A stretch of DNA of 64,000 nucleotides from Tubulanus polymorphus (lineage: Eukaryota > Animalia > Nemertea): positions 13,144,001 to 13,208,000 of the forward strand of contig NC_134025.1 of NCBI RefSeq assembly GCF_964204645.1. Direction: 5' to 3'. The notes below the pieces were generated by a model, which saw only the letters and a list, made by a program, of their open reading frames with translations, made no database searches and was not told the origin of the DNA. The translations under genes and the position numbers were made by a program. Positions 1 through 10,139 of the stretch are shown piece by piece (the first letter of the stretch is position 1; each line of letters opens with the position of its first letter).

Positions 1-1
1 C

Positions 2-305
2 TGTGAAGGATGGAATAACCGTTTCCAAAACCTAGTTGGACATAACCATCCATCGATATGGCGATCGATCCGATCCCTTCAACTCGAGGCCTCTGTAACA
101 TCAACGAGAATTGCCCAACATTATACTGGGAATGAAGCGCAACAACGAGAATTACCCAACATTATGTTGGGAATGAAGCGCAACACGGAATGTGCACCGT
201 CAACAACAGGAGCGTCTACGTAACCTATGCATCAGATACAGAGATGGTGATGTTGAAATTATGGCATTTCTCCGTAGTGTTGGTCACAATATTCACCTCG
301 GATAG
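2..305 (+). pseudogene. 3' end of a MULE/Mutator-like transposase, internally deleted and disrupted
   Basis: Frame from 2 reads CEGWNNRFQNLVGHNHPSIW (MULE xEGWNxRF...HPxIW motif). A later frame reads QQQERLRNLCIRYRDGDVEIMAFLRSVGHNIHLG* (TAG 303-305). A 41-bp tandem duplication at ~102-183 interrupts it. Confidence 0.8.
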
Positions 306-540
306 TCTGTGACATTTAACAAGCTACGTGCATAAAAATGACATTATTATGCGACTTAGCATATACGACATGCGAGCTACATGCATCAAAAATGACACTA
401 TCATAATTTTGAAATTTTCTTTAAAAACTATGGTTTAAAAGTAAAAATAGAATATATATCTAATGTAATTATGTATTCCTTGATAATATAATGTTGTAAA
501 AAGTTAATTTTTTCTACTCTAGTTTTATAGAAAAGTATAT

Positions 541-660
541 GGGGGGATTTTTGCCAGGGGGGATTTTTACCCAGGGGGGATTTTTACCGGGGGGATTTTA
601 CCAGGGGAGATTTTTACCCAGGGGGGTTTTACCGGGGGGATTTTTACCGGGGGGACCTAC
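541..660. mobile_element. Right end and subterminal GGGGATTTTTACC repeats of the MULE-like element
   Basis: About 7 copies of ggggg(g)atttttacc ending ...ggggacctac. The same repeat unit is in the arms of the MITE at ~1326-1821. Confidence 0.65.
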
Positions 661-1325
661 ATTCCCAGAAGAAGATTACATTTTCTTGGACACCTGATGA
701 GATTACCATCAGATACACCAGCTTGCTTGGTACTAGAAGAAGCGGAACGTCGAGCCAGTTGGAAGACCACTTATAACATATGTCAGGGCCGTAGCAGCCG
801 TAGCGGCCGTTGCATTTTTTGGCCGATCAAGATTATTTCTGAAGGCAGATTTTGGCTGGCCGCTGTACAATACATGTAGGACAAGCCATCAAGGGCCCAA
901 CGACATAGGTCCTATCTTTCATCGGCATGGACGGCATTGTGTGTCAATACAATGTAGACACGATAAGTTCAGTTATTAGGTATTGTTTGAAAGTGACAAG
1001 CCTTGAATTAGAAAATGTAAGGCCAGACGACTATTGTATTAACTAAATTAGTGAATTGTCTACGCTGGAATCATTTATAGAAAGTTAATATTCACACATT
1101 AGATTTAGATTAGATTTGCACTGATGCATATGTAGATGACGGCGCATTCGAAACTCGAAGCGAAAAAAATCTTGTTGGTCCAAACCAACCAGAAAATTAT
1201 GATTTTCAAATAAAATGTCAGATTTGTTAATTGTATTAGATTTTTCCTCTAATTAAGGCGTCTATCTGATCCCATGACAGCTACACCTATCAAAGAAGAT
1301 ATCAAACTAACCTAACTGAAGTGGG

Positions 1326-1821
1326 GGTTGTAGGTAAATATCCCCTGGGTAAAAATCCTCCAGGTAAAAGTCCCCAAATATTCAAAGTAGGTAAAAATCC
1401 CCACTTAGCGATTTTCAAGAACATTTCAAAGCAAAATGTTTCTCCAATTTTGTTCATTTGCAATGAGACTGAAATGAGTTTGAATTGCGCAATGGAATCT
1501 TTCGTTGGGATAAATTCTGTAATTTACAGACTAAAATAAGTTGTACTCTTAGAATAAAATAAGTTGTTAGAATTAATAAGAATAATGAACTTTCTATTTG
1601 TAATATCTTAAAATTCGAATTGGAATATTTTTGAACTGTGAACTCTTGTTATGCTATAGTTTGTATACTCATGATATCCTCTTGGTGTTCCACAATAATA
1701 AATCGGATATATGTATCAATAATATGAATTAATTCTACTTACACTACGTTCAGAAGGAGGGGGATTTTTACCTACTTTGAAGAATTGGGGATTTTTACCC
1801 AGCGGATTTTTACCACTTACC
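1326..1821. mobile_element. MITE with GGTAAAAATCCC subterminal repeats (MULE-related)
   Basis: Left arm gtaggtaaa...aaagtaggtaaaaatcccc is inverted at 1760-1820 (ggggatttttacctacttt...). Imperfect target duplication gaagtg(g/t)g on both flanks. Confidence 0.7.
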
Positions 1822-1926
1822 GAAGTGTGAGGAGTTGGAACAACTGGCGAGTGATAGACAGGGGTGGAGGGCAATATGCGAGGGGAGAGTCGCGATGTAC
1901 CGAGTACGGGACGCCTAGTCCACGCG

Positions 1927-1928
<2 letters not shown>

Positions 1929-1984
<56 letters not shown>
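1929..1984. repeat. (GATT)14 microsatellite
   Basis: Directly visible; it produces the spurious QSIN-repeat ORF on the minus strand. Confidence 0.95.
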
Positions 1985-1987
<3 letters not shown>

Positions 1988-3601
1988 CTAGCATGGAATG
2001 AAAAGAACCTCTACTTGAGAGAATTATTACCGTTCAAAGAAATAAACTAACTGCATCAAAAATTTTAAAAAATTATTGGTCAATGTATAACAATTATTGT
2101 CAACGATCTTTAGATTTAGTGTTATATTCTGTTTCACTGCATGCACGCAGAGAACTGAAAATCGATCCATAAATTGCCTATCATTACCTTAACTTAAGAA
2201 AATAAAACCCACGTTAGGAAGCCCTACCAATGCCTAGTTCAATAGGTCAACCAAAATGACGAAATTTCAAAAACGTCCGTGTTCTGTGACAGTAATAACT
2301 ATTTTCTTATACATGTATTACACCGTGATGAACTTCAAATAAGAATTCAGAATATATGGTTATCCATCAAAAACTTTCTCTTCATTGAGGAGGAGTTAAA
2401 AGATTACTGTTAGTATATACCGATTTTGAACAGAATTGCCTTTCAACAGTTAAGATATCAAAAACTAACATATTTACAGGAAATCTCTAAAATAGTTCTT
2501 AAATAATAATCTTTAACAGCTTTTCAGTATGTTCAGTCGTCTTAGAAAATTCGAAGTTGATATTTCAAAAATGGGATTTGAACATGCTCGCGCAGCTCGA
2601 GTGCCGGTTTAGCAACTTTTTACTATATTTACATTTATTACATATTAGCTAATATTTTTTTCCATTAAAGACCTAATCCTAAATCTAAGCCTACTCTAAC
2701 CCTAACCTAACTCTGATCCTTTGGACCCTGTGTATCATACCCTTACGCTCTGGACTCTCTACAGATAGTGTAGAGCCGCCATTTACTATCGACGATCAAG
2801 ATTGGGATCAACCAATAGCCGCGGGTTTCATAACTGCGCATGCGCGGGTCTCTTGTGAAAAATAGATTCCCTCTTTCACTCAGTCCCGCGATACTCTGTA
2901 TCACCTTGGAGTAATCACACTGAATAAACTCCAAGGTATCACAGAGTTCGCAAAAATCACGTATTGCCTAGGTTCTCAATTTTGAAAAGTATCGTTTAAC
3001 TGTTGACTGGCGATATATTAAATAATCACATACTGGTATCCGGTAATGAAAAAATTGGTCCGGTGCCTTGTCCGACAGTGGTTATCCCCACGGGAAAACC
3101 CGGTTACTATTTATAGTGAAAATGAAGAAATTCCGTGTTTTTTGGAAATTTCCGTGATTTCGGTTTTCAACGATGTGACAACACCGCGTTTCAGGACCGA
3201 GAGAAAATTCACCACATGACTGCAATGGAATATTCCTACAATGAAAATGTAGGAATAATCTACCATAAGAAAACGCAAGAAACGGCTCAACCTGATAAAA
3301 CAAGAATTGGAAAATGTATAGGAATTCAAAATTATGATTCATGGATATCGATTATTCATAAATAAAGATTCATTACACATCAGATAAATCATCATTATCA
3401 TATACAATTTCAACATTAAATGTAAGGTTTATGGTGGCATATGAAGATGAACACTATTTAATTGAAATTAATCACATTCGAGATGGCTGACTGGCGATTT
3501 TGATTCCGAAAATATACATTGTAATTGGAGAATGGAGTCTCCAGGCCATATATATATATTTGAATGAGTTAGATTTATTTTAATAAAAGTTTTGTTATAA
3601 A

Positions 3602-4094
3602 ATGAAGACAGAAGAAGAAGAACCCAAATTCAAAATCGAAATCAATGAAACTAATAACTCATTTTCATTATTTAACATTAAAAATTATATACATATTTAA
3701 TTACTGAACTAGTAGATACTTTTGATAATGGTGCAAAAATCCTAAAATATTCAATACAGTTTTAAATTATAAAGCTAATTTGGATGAAAACACAATAAAT
3801 GTTCTTGAAACTCCTTTTAATGTGAGAGATAATGATTTAATACTTTCTAAAGATTACAATGATTTGATTAACTTAAGAATTGAAAAAAGACAATTATATT
3901 ATTTAAATTTAAATAATAAACAATTTATCGAAAATGAAAATTCATCAAATATTGGAATTCAATGTGAATTAGATAATAATAATTCTTATAAAGATATTGG
4001 AATTCAATGTAATTTAGATGATGTATTTAGAAAATTCAATCCTAATGAAAAAATATATTGTTTTTGCGGAGGTAAATATTTAAAATCACATTAA
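3602..4094 (+). pseudogene. Element ORF A, copy 1: two GIQC motifs plus partial CxCG zinc finger, disrupted
   Basis: ATG 3602 (MKTEEEEPKFKIE...) hits a stop. Downstream frame 3780-4094 has NIGIQCELD, KDIGIQCNLD and NPNEKIYCFCGGKY, which align with 6828-7403. Confidence 0.65.
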
Positions 4095-4701
4095 AATAGA
4101 AACATTTAATATTTTTCTATTTGAATAAACTAACTAACTAATATCACGCTTGTATTATCCTAGTCAAATGTAAAGAAATTTAATATCATATATGAATAAA
4201 TTAAAAAATAAATTACTTCTGAGACTTCAATTTCAGAAATAAAGCATAATTTGTATTTAATACCATTAATACGTATTTGATACCATTAATACGTATTTAA
4301 TACGTATTTAATGCATATTCAATACATTAAATAGTACCTTTTTAATTAACCAATATTTTATACATATTCAGCCAATACATTTTATATTTTCAACCAATTT
4401 AACAGTCTAATTCTTAATTCATCATTTAGTTTATGAATATACAATTTACTCAATTTAATATTTAAACAGTTTAACAATCTAACACTGAATATAAATTCAT
4501 AAAATAAAATAAAATGATCATTTGAAATATTATAGAATTTAAAATGTGTATAAGTGTACGAATTGGAAGAATTGGAAGACTCGTACCATTCGTACTATTC
4601 GTACCATTCGTACACTCGTACCATTCATACAATTATAAATTATATAATATTTCTATAAAAAGATTATTCCTTTTTATTTTCATATTTTTCTACAACATTG
4701 C

Positions 4702-4990
4702 TTAATTTGAATTATATAATTTATCATTTAGCTCGTGAATATATTGATGATTCCTTAATGATTTTGAATTTTTATACCCTTTTATTACATATTTCACAGC
4801 ATTTAATATTATTAACTCTATCTGAAATATAATTTATGTTTTCTTTTAATTCCGTTTATTTAATTTTGCAGTTATCATAGAATTCTGACAGCTGTTTCAA
4901 ACTATAAACTGAAAATGAAACTAATCCTGAAAGCATTATAATTGATTTGATATTCTGTTGATTTCTGTAAATAAGATGTAATATTAAAAA
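4702..4990 (-). pseudogene. Element ORF C, copy 1: hydrophobic segment, coiled coil and C2H2 finger, with stop and frameshift
   Basis: Minus strand reads NQQNIKSIIMLSGLVSFSVYSLKQLSEFYDNCKIK*TELKENINYISDRVNNIKCCEICNKR/YKNSKSLRNHQYIHELNDKLYNSN*. Homologous to ~7700-7984. Confidence 0.75.
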
Positions 4991-5466
4991 ATCAAGAATC
5001 GTTAATTACTCGTTAGTTTTTATATTATTTTAACTGTCCATTTATTTTACCTATTTTTCTATTCGAAATCTATGATATTCATATAAATAATGTTCATTTT
5101 TATGAAATTATTAGAGTAATTGGAGAATGGAGTCTTCAGGTCGGAGGTTGAGAGGGAGAGTGGGCTCGACCTCTGGCCTGAAGACTCCATTCTCCAATTA
5201 CTTACATTCTGTCACAGTGAATGCATCTTATGTAGAGCGGTGGTATCTCACATGAGAATGTTAGATCATATATCGGTAAGATGAGTCAAGGCCATTCAAG
5301 GAGACCATATTTGATTTCGAAAATGTTTGTGTCGGCCCATAACTGTAAATTTATTTCATATAGAGCAATGGCCAATTTTCGACGAATAAATGATTAGATA
5401 CCAAATTAGCAATTTTAATGTCGGCCCTGGGTTTGAGAGGTCATTTTGGGGAAGTCTGGCAATACT

Positions 5467-5600
5467 ATACAGGGTGTCTCAGAAAATGTTACCCGACTTT
5501 AAAGATTAATCATTCATTAACTAATATTGAAATAGAATATTTGATACAGTGTTGCAAAATAAAACGTACCTCGAGGGCAAAATATCGTCACATCTCATTT
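5467..5600. mobile_element. Tc1/mariner-like terminal fragment
   Basis: Begins TA-CAGGGTGTCTCAGAAAA, a typical mariner-type TIR start. No partner end found. Confidence 0.45.
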
Positions 5601-6827
5601 TGATTTCTGGTTCTTCAACAGGGTCGTCCTAGTTCAAGACTATGAAGTCACCGCCGGTGGTGGATCTAGGATATTTGTAAGGGTGGAGACTAGGATATTT
5701 GTAAGGGTGAACCATTTTGATTTAACACTACCTACAAAAGTTCAAACCTTTTTGTGAATATTTCTAATTCATACCAATGTAACTAGGCTCAACGAGAACC
5801 TGTTCAACATTATTCCTAGGTAAAATTGCTGAAATAACTTACAGAGCTAACAATCTCTAAACTGTTGCACTGGGCCGGGAAATGTATTGCATTATCTTGT
5901 TTTCTTGTGTTTCTTGTGTTTTCTTTACATCATAATCCCTACGAAGATGACAAACAAAGAATATGACAACCCATGTTAGCCAAATATACGAGGTTGTTGC
6001 ATGGGAAACTACTTCGTAGGAGGAATTTTGTAAATCGCGGAGAAAGACGTTCTCGTATTCATATCCTATTTCATGACCACGACGGTCTGCAAATCAAAAG
6101 GATTAGAAAAAGCACCACAGAAACAAGAATTATTTCATAAATATTTTTAGATATCAATTAATTTATGTAAATTTCCAGATGTTCATTTTATCAACATGGG
6201 TGGTTGGGAGGACCTAACAAATTTTAGATACTGGTAGGCCTACCACAAAGCGACCGACCTCTGACAACGGTAAAAGGGTTTGGTAATCTTGTCGATGGAA
6301 GGAATCACACGTGGTTGAGTTACTTTGTTAATTAATAAGTTGATCGTAAAAAGTATAAACATGGACTCTAAAACACACCTCCGTCTGCAGTATTGCAGTA
6401 ATAAGGAATATGGGGTTCAAGCCAAAGGTCGAAAGGTCGAAAAATAAATTCTCGCACACTCGAATTTATTTTTCGACCCTTCAACCTTTGACTTGAACCC
6501 CCATATTCCCTATTACTCCAAACAATTTCATATATATGAACATTATTTAAATGAATTTAATATATTTTAAAATAAATTTCATGTTTTAAAAGTGAGAGTA
6601 GAATATTAGCATAATAATCTAGAAAAATAAGATCAAATATAGATTTCGAATAATAAAAAATCAATTTTTAACATAAAAAGTGTGAGTAAAGTGTGAGTGA
6701 AATAATTCATATTCAAAACAGTGAATATTTATATTTATATGCGTTAAATTCTTATTTTCAATATAAAAATAACGAATAATTAACGAGTTGAAGAAAATAT
6801 CAATTTTAATCAAAAAATGACTAACAA

Positions 6828-7403
6828 ATGAATGAACAGATACTACAATCCAAAGATATCGATTTAAATGAATTAGAAAAATATTTTAGAATTAGATATT
6901 TTATTCCTATTAAAGATTTGATTAAAACTGGACGTTTTCGTTTTCAAGTGAAAAATATTACTGAATTAATATTCAAAAATCATTATCTAATGATAGAGTT
7001 ATCGAATGAAAAAGATAAAATCTTATTCAATACAATAATTCCAAAATTCACAACATTTGAAGAAATAGATCAACATTTAATAATTACAGATGAAATACAA
7101 TCACTTTTAAATAATGAAAATTCACATAAAACATTATTTCTACACTTACGTTATTGCCCTTTCAGAGAATGCTATGTAATGTTTTTCAGAGTAGAAGAAA
7201 AAAGATTTACCCCTGACATTCCAAATGAAAAATCATTCAAAGATGTTGGAATTCAATGTAACTTAGACAATAAAATCGAAACACCTAAATATGAACCCAA
7301 TGAAAAAGCGTTATGTAATTGTGGAAAATATTATACTCGAAGCAATAAATCACACCATCTTAAATCAAAATATCATAACTCAAAAATAATAATTCAACTC
7401 TAA
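6828..7403 (+). CDS. Element ORF A: 191-aa intronless protein with KDVGIQCN (LC8-type) motif and C-terminal CxC...H..H zinc finger
   Basis: Intact ATG-TAA ORF in very AT-rich DNA. C-terminus CNCGKYYTRSNKSHHLKSKYH. Paralogous motifs at 3780-4094. Expression unknown. Confidence 0.6.
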   Translation: MNEQILQSKDIDLNELEKYFRIRYFIPIKDLIKTGRFRFQVKNITELIFKNHYLMIELSNEKDKILFNTIIPKFTTFEEIDQHLIITDEIQSLLNNENSHKTLFLHLRYCPFRECYVMFFRVEEKRFTPDIPNEKSFKDVGIQCNLDNKIETPKYEPNEKALCNCGKYYTRSNKSHHLKSKYHNSKIIIQL

Positions 7404-7454
7404 ATATTCAAAATAAGATATTTCAAATTACTTTTAATTTTTTTTCTTAAATAA

Positions 7455-7655
7455 ATAGATGGTTTCAGCATTCCAATTGGAAAAAGTGATTTGAAACATT
7501 ATTTAGTTGCTGGAGGTTTAATATTAGCTGCACTTTACTTTTACTATGAAAATATTAGTAAAGATCTAATGAATGAAAACATCAAATTGAGTAAAATGTT
7601 AAAGAAGTTAAATGGAAACAATCATCGAAATAAAAAAGTTATTGAATCAGATTAG
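7455..7655 (+). pseudogene. Element ORF B: small single-TM plus coiled-coil protein, start codon apparently lost
   Basis: 66 open codons, IDGFSIPIGKSDLKHYLVAGGLILAALYFYYENISKDLMNENIKLSKMLKKLN...ESD*. It begins at TAA-ATA (possible ATG>ATA) and is absent from the ORF track. Confidence 0.45.
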
Positions 7656-7699
7656 TGAATTAACCGAATAATTAAATGAGTGAAAATACATGTATATTA

Positions 7700-7984
7700 A
7701 ATTTATTACATCTAATATATAAAAATCAACAGAATATCAAATCAATTATATTGATTTCAGGATTAGTTTCATTTTCATTTTAGAGTATAAAACAGTTGTT
7801 AGAATTCTATGAAAATTGCAAAATTAGATACGCTGAATTAAAAGATAACATAAATTATCTATCAGATAGAATTAATAATATTAAATGCTGTGAAATTTGT
7901 AATAAAAGATATAAAAATGAAAAGAGTTTAAAAACTCATAGATATATTCATGAATTAGATGAGAAATTACATAATTCAAATTAA
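7700..7984 (+). pseudogene. Element ORF C, copy 2: hydrophobic segment, coiled coil and C2H2 finger
   Basis: NQQNIKSIILISGLVSFSF*SIKQLLEFYEN...CCEICNKRYKNEKSLKTHRYIH (C-x2-C-x12-H-x3-H). The in-frame TAG at 7781 corresponds to TAT in copy 1. Confidence 0.75.
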
Positions 7985-8729
7985 GTTTGATAATGAAAAA
8001 GATTAATTTCTATTTACATATTGATGGACGAGTGGACGAATTGGACGAATGGACGAGTGGACGACAGGGGGTCTTATATTCAAATAAACCCTATGTCTTC
8101 ACAGATTTATCATATTCCTATTTTAACTAATATATTTTATATTTTCAGCTAATATATTTTATATTTTATTAAAATAATATTTAAATATAGTATAAAATTG
8201 ATAAAATAACTTAAAATCAAACTCGTACTGTTTTTTATATAACATATGTAAATCATATATTATTACACTCGTACACTCGTACCATTCGTACACTCGTACC
8301 ATCCATACTATTCAAAATTCTATCATTTTCCAAATTATGATATTATTTTATAAATTTATATTCATATATGATATTATAGTATCTTTACGCAGCACTAGAA
8401 TAATATGAGTGATACTAAGTTAGTTGGTTTATTGTTTTTCTAATATTATTTTAGTCAAATGTAAAGAAATGTAAAGTAAACAAGAATTAATAAAAAAAAC
8501 ATTATAAAAACAATAACTTTAACTAACTAATACTACCTTATTCAATTGAATTGTTTTTCTATTGTTTTTCTAATTTTTTTAAATTAATTCTTGTTTACTT
8601 TACATTTCTTTACTTTTGACTAGAAAAACAACACAATACAGTGTAAGAAGTCTGTGTTTGAGCATGCCAACAGGGCTTTATTCTATGTACTGAACAAAGT
8701 TCAAGCACATTCGCTGGCAATTGACATAA

Positions 8730-8917
8730 GCCGCGATCACACGAGCATTTTTGGCCAAATTTGGCCCGACCAAAAACGTCGGACCAGGCCCGAGCCTAAT
8801 TTTAGCACCAGACAAATGATTTCGTTTGAATCCCAACTGGCACCGGAAATGATCCACTTCGCTTTGCTTGAGCATTGTTGAGTATCGAGTGAATGGTTTG
8901 CGTGTGAACGCGCTCTC
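8730..8917. mobile_element. Harbinger-like MITE
   Basis: cgcgatcacacg ... cgtgtgaacgcg inverted ends with TAA on both flanks. Confidence 0.45.
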
Positions 8918-9114
8918 TAATTAGGCACGGGCCATGTAAGATTTCTAATATTGCTGACTCGTATTGAATTTTTAAAACTGAATGGGGCTCTGAAAACTAT
9001 TTATCTGAATTACCTGATCATCTGAGGATATCATTTTGCAGATTCCGATGTTCCAACCATCTCCTCCCAATAGAAAAAGGGAGACATAATCGTATACTCC
9101 GAGCAGACAGGCTG

Positions 9115-9480
9115 TGTACTAAGTGCGATATGGGAGTTGTATGTGATGAATTTCATTTTATATTTATTTGTCCTTTTTTCAATGACCAGCGCAGGAAGTA
9201 CATCAAGCAATATTATATAAACAATCCTACATCGCATAAATTTAACGAGTTATTTTGTACAACTGGCGTGAAATTAAAAAACCTCATTTTATATTTACAG
9301 AAATGTTTAAGATAATTTGTTACCTAAGTGCAGTGTTATAAATGCCAGATAATGCACTCGTTGCACATATATGTCCACCAATTGTATGTACTGTCAAATT
9401 TCATTGTCTGTAATTTGTATAATTATGTATCTTGAAACTGGCTTTTGCTCTTCGCAAATTTGTAAATTTTGTGAGCAATC
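9115..9480 (+). mobile_element. Short 3' remnant of an RTE-X-like LINE (CCHC finger)
   Basis: CTKCDMGVVCDEFHFIFICPFFNDQRRKYI: CxxC...E.H....C knuckle typical of LINE ORF2 C-termini, followed by a UTR and (tatc)n. Confidence 0.7.
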
Positions 9481-10139
9481 TATCTATCTATCTGTCCGTT
9501 CGTCCGTCCGTCCGTCCGTCCATCCATCCATAGAACTATTCCGTTATAGTTCTATGAAGACGCGAAGTATACAACATGGTTCGAATCCCGAAACTTCCTC
9601 ATACTGATACCGATACCTCATACCGATAATTAAAAATTGTCGACATTTTAATTTTTGTCACATTTTAGAGATTCATACACCCTTATTTTCATTTTCACGG
9701 GTATTTTCTCATAAACAACCCCTTTTTTCAATTATCTTGGGGATTTCCACCCATTGGAATCAATTCTATAACCCTTTTCCCGTGAAATTAATAACGCGGA
9801 TGCGTCCCACATGTTGAAGGAAGTGGTCCACCCGGGTTCTATGCTATCTGAATCTCGGTTATCAAAGTAACATCTTGATATGAAAATCAGAAACTACATT
9901 CAATTCGGATGCTATTTGCTTCCATTGTTGACACAGATCAGAAGGGGTGTGAAATTTTGTCTCCACAAATTTTGAGCGAAAATCTTTGCCTTTATAGTCA
10001 ATGGAGTAATCAAACCTAAAGTATCGTAAATTTTTTACAAGTTTTGGATAACTACCCTTTTAGTTAAAGGCACATCAGCATCAATAAACTTTGGCTTTCG
10101 AGTCACTTGTCGACATTAGCCAGCTTTAAAGGCTGGCTT

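Larger units (their letters stand above)
661..1984 (+). mobile_element. 3' end of an RTE-like non-LTR retrotransposon split by later insertions, with (GATT)n tail
   Basis: ~667-780 reads RRRLHFLGHLMRLPSDTPACLVL. After the inserts, ~1830-1900 reads ELEQLASDRQGWRAICEGR (RTE-type LAxDRxxWR end), followed by the (GATT)n tail. Confidence 0.6.
3521..5202. mobile_element. AT-rich hairpin-ended element, copy 1 (unclassified, virus/Polinton-like relic)
   Basis: Left end gtaattggagaatggagtctccaggcca (3521) is the inverted repeat of the right end (5175-5201). An 88-bp hairpin spans 5115-5202. tacat(t) flanks both sides (3515-3520, 5203-5208). Two convergent degraded ORFs lie inside. Confidence 0.7.
6397..8630 (+). 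mobile_element. AT-rich hairpin-ended element, copy 2 (unclassified, virus/Polinton-like relic)
   Basis: 121-bp hairpin AGTAAT...ATTACT at 6397-6517, three tandem small ORFs, inverted repeat arrays at 8024-8063 and 8265-8310, and a second long inverted repeat at 8452-8622. The right boundary is approximate. Confidence 0.65.

Noticed and set aside
1716-1994. 92-aa ORF with QSIN repeats
   Set aside because: Translation of the (GATT)n microsatellite plus a MITE arm.
2670-2720. TAACCC-like telomeric repeats (also 12370-12460)
   Set aside because: Short, degenerate and embedded in dispersed repeats; not a telomere or interstitial array.
3082-3365. Overlapping short ORFs just left of the hairpin element
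   Set aside because: No recognisable motif and outside the TIR/TSD boundary, so not linked to the element.
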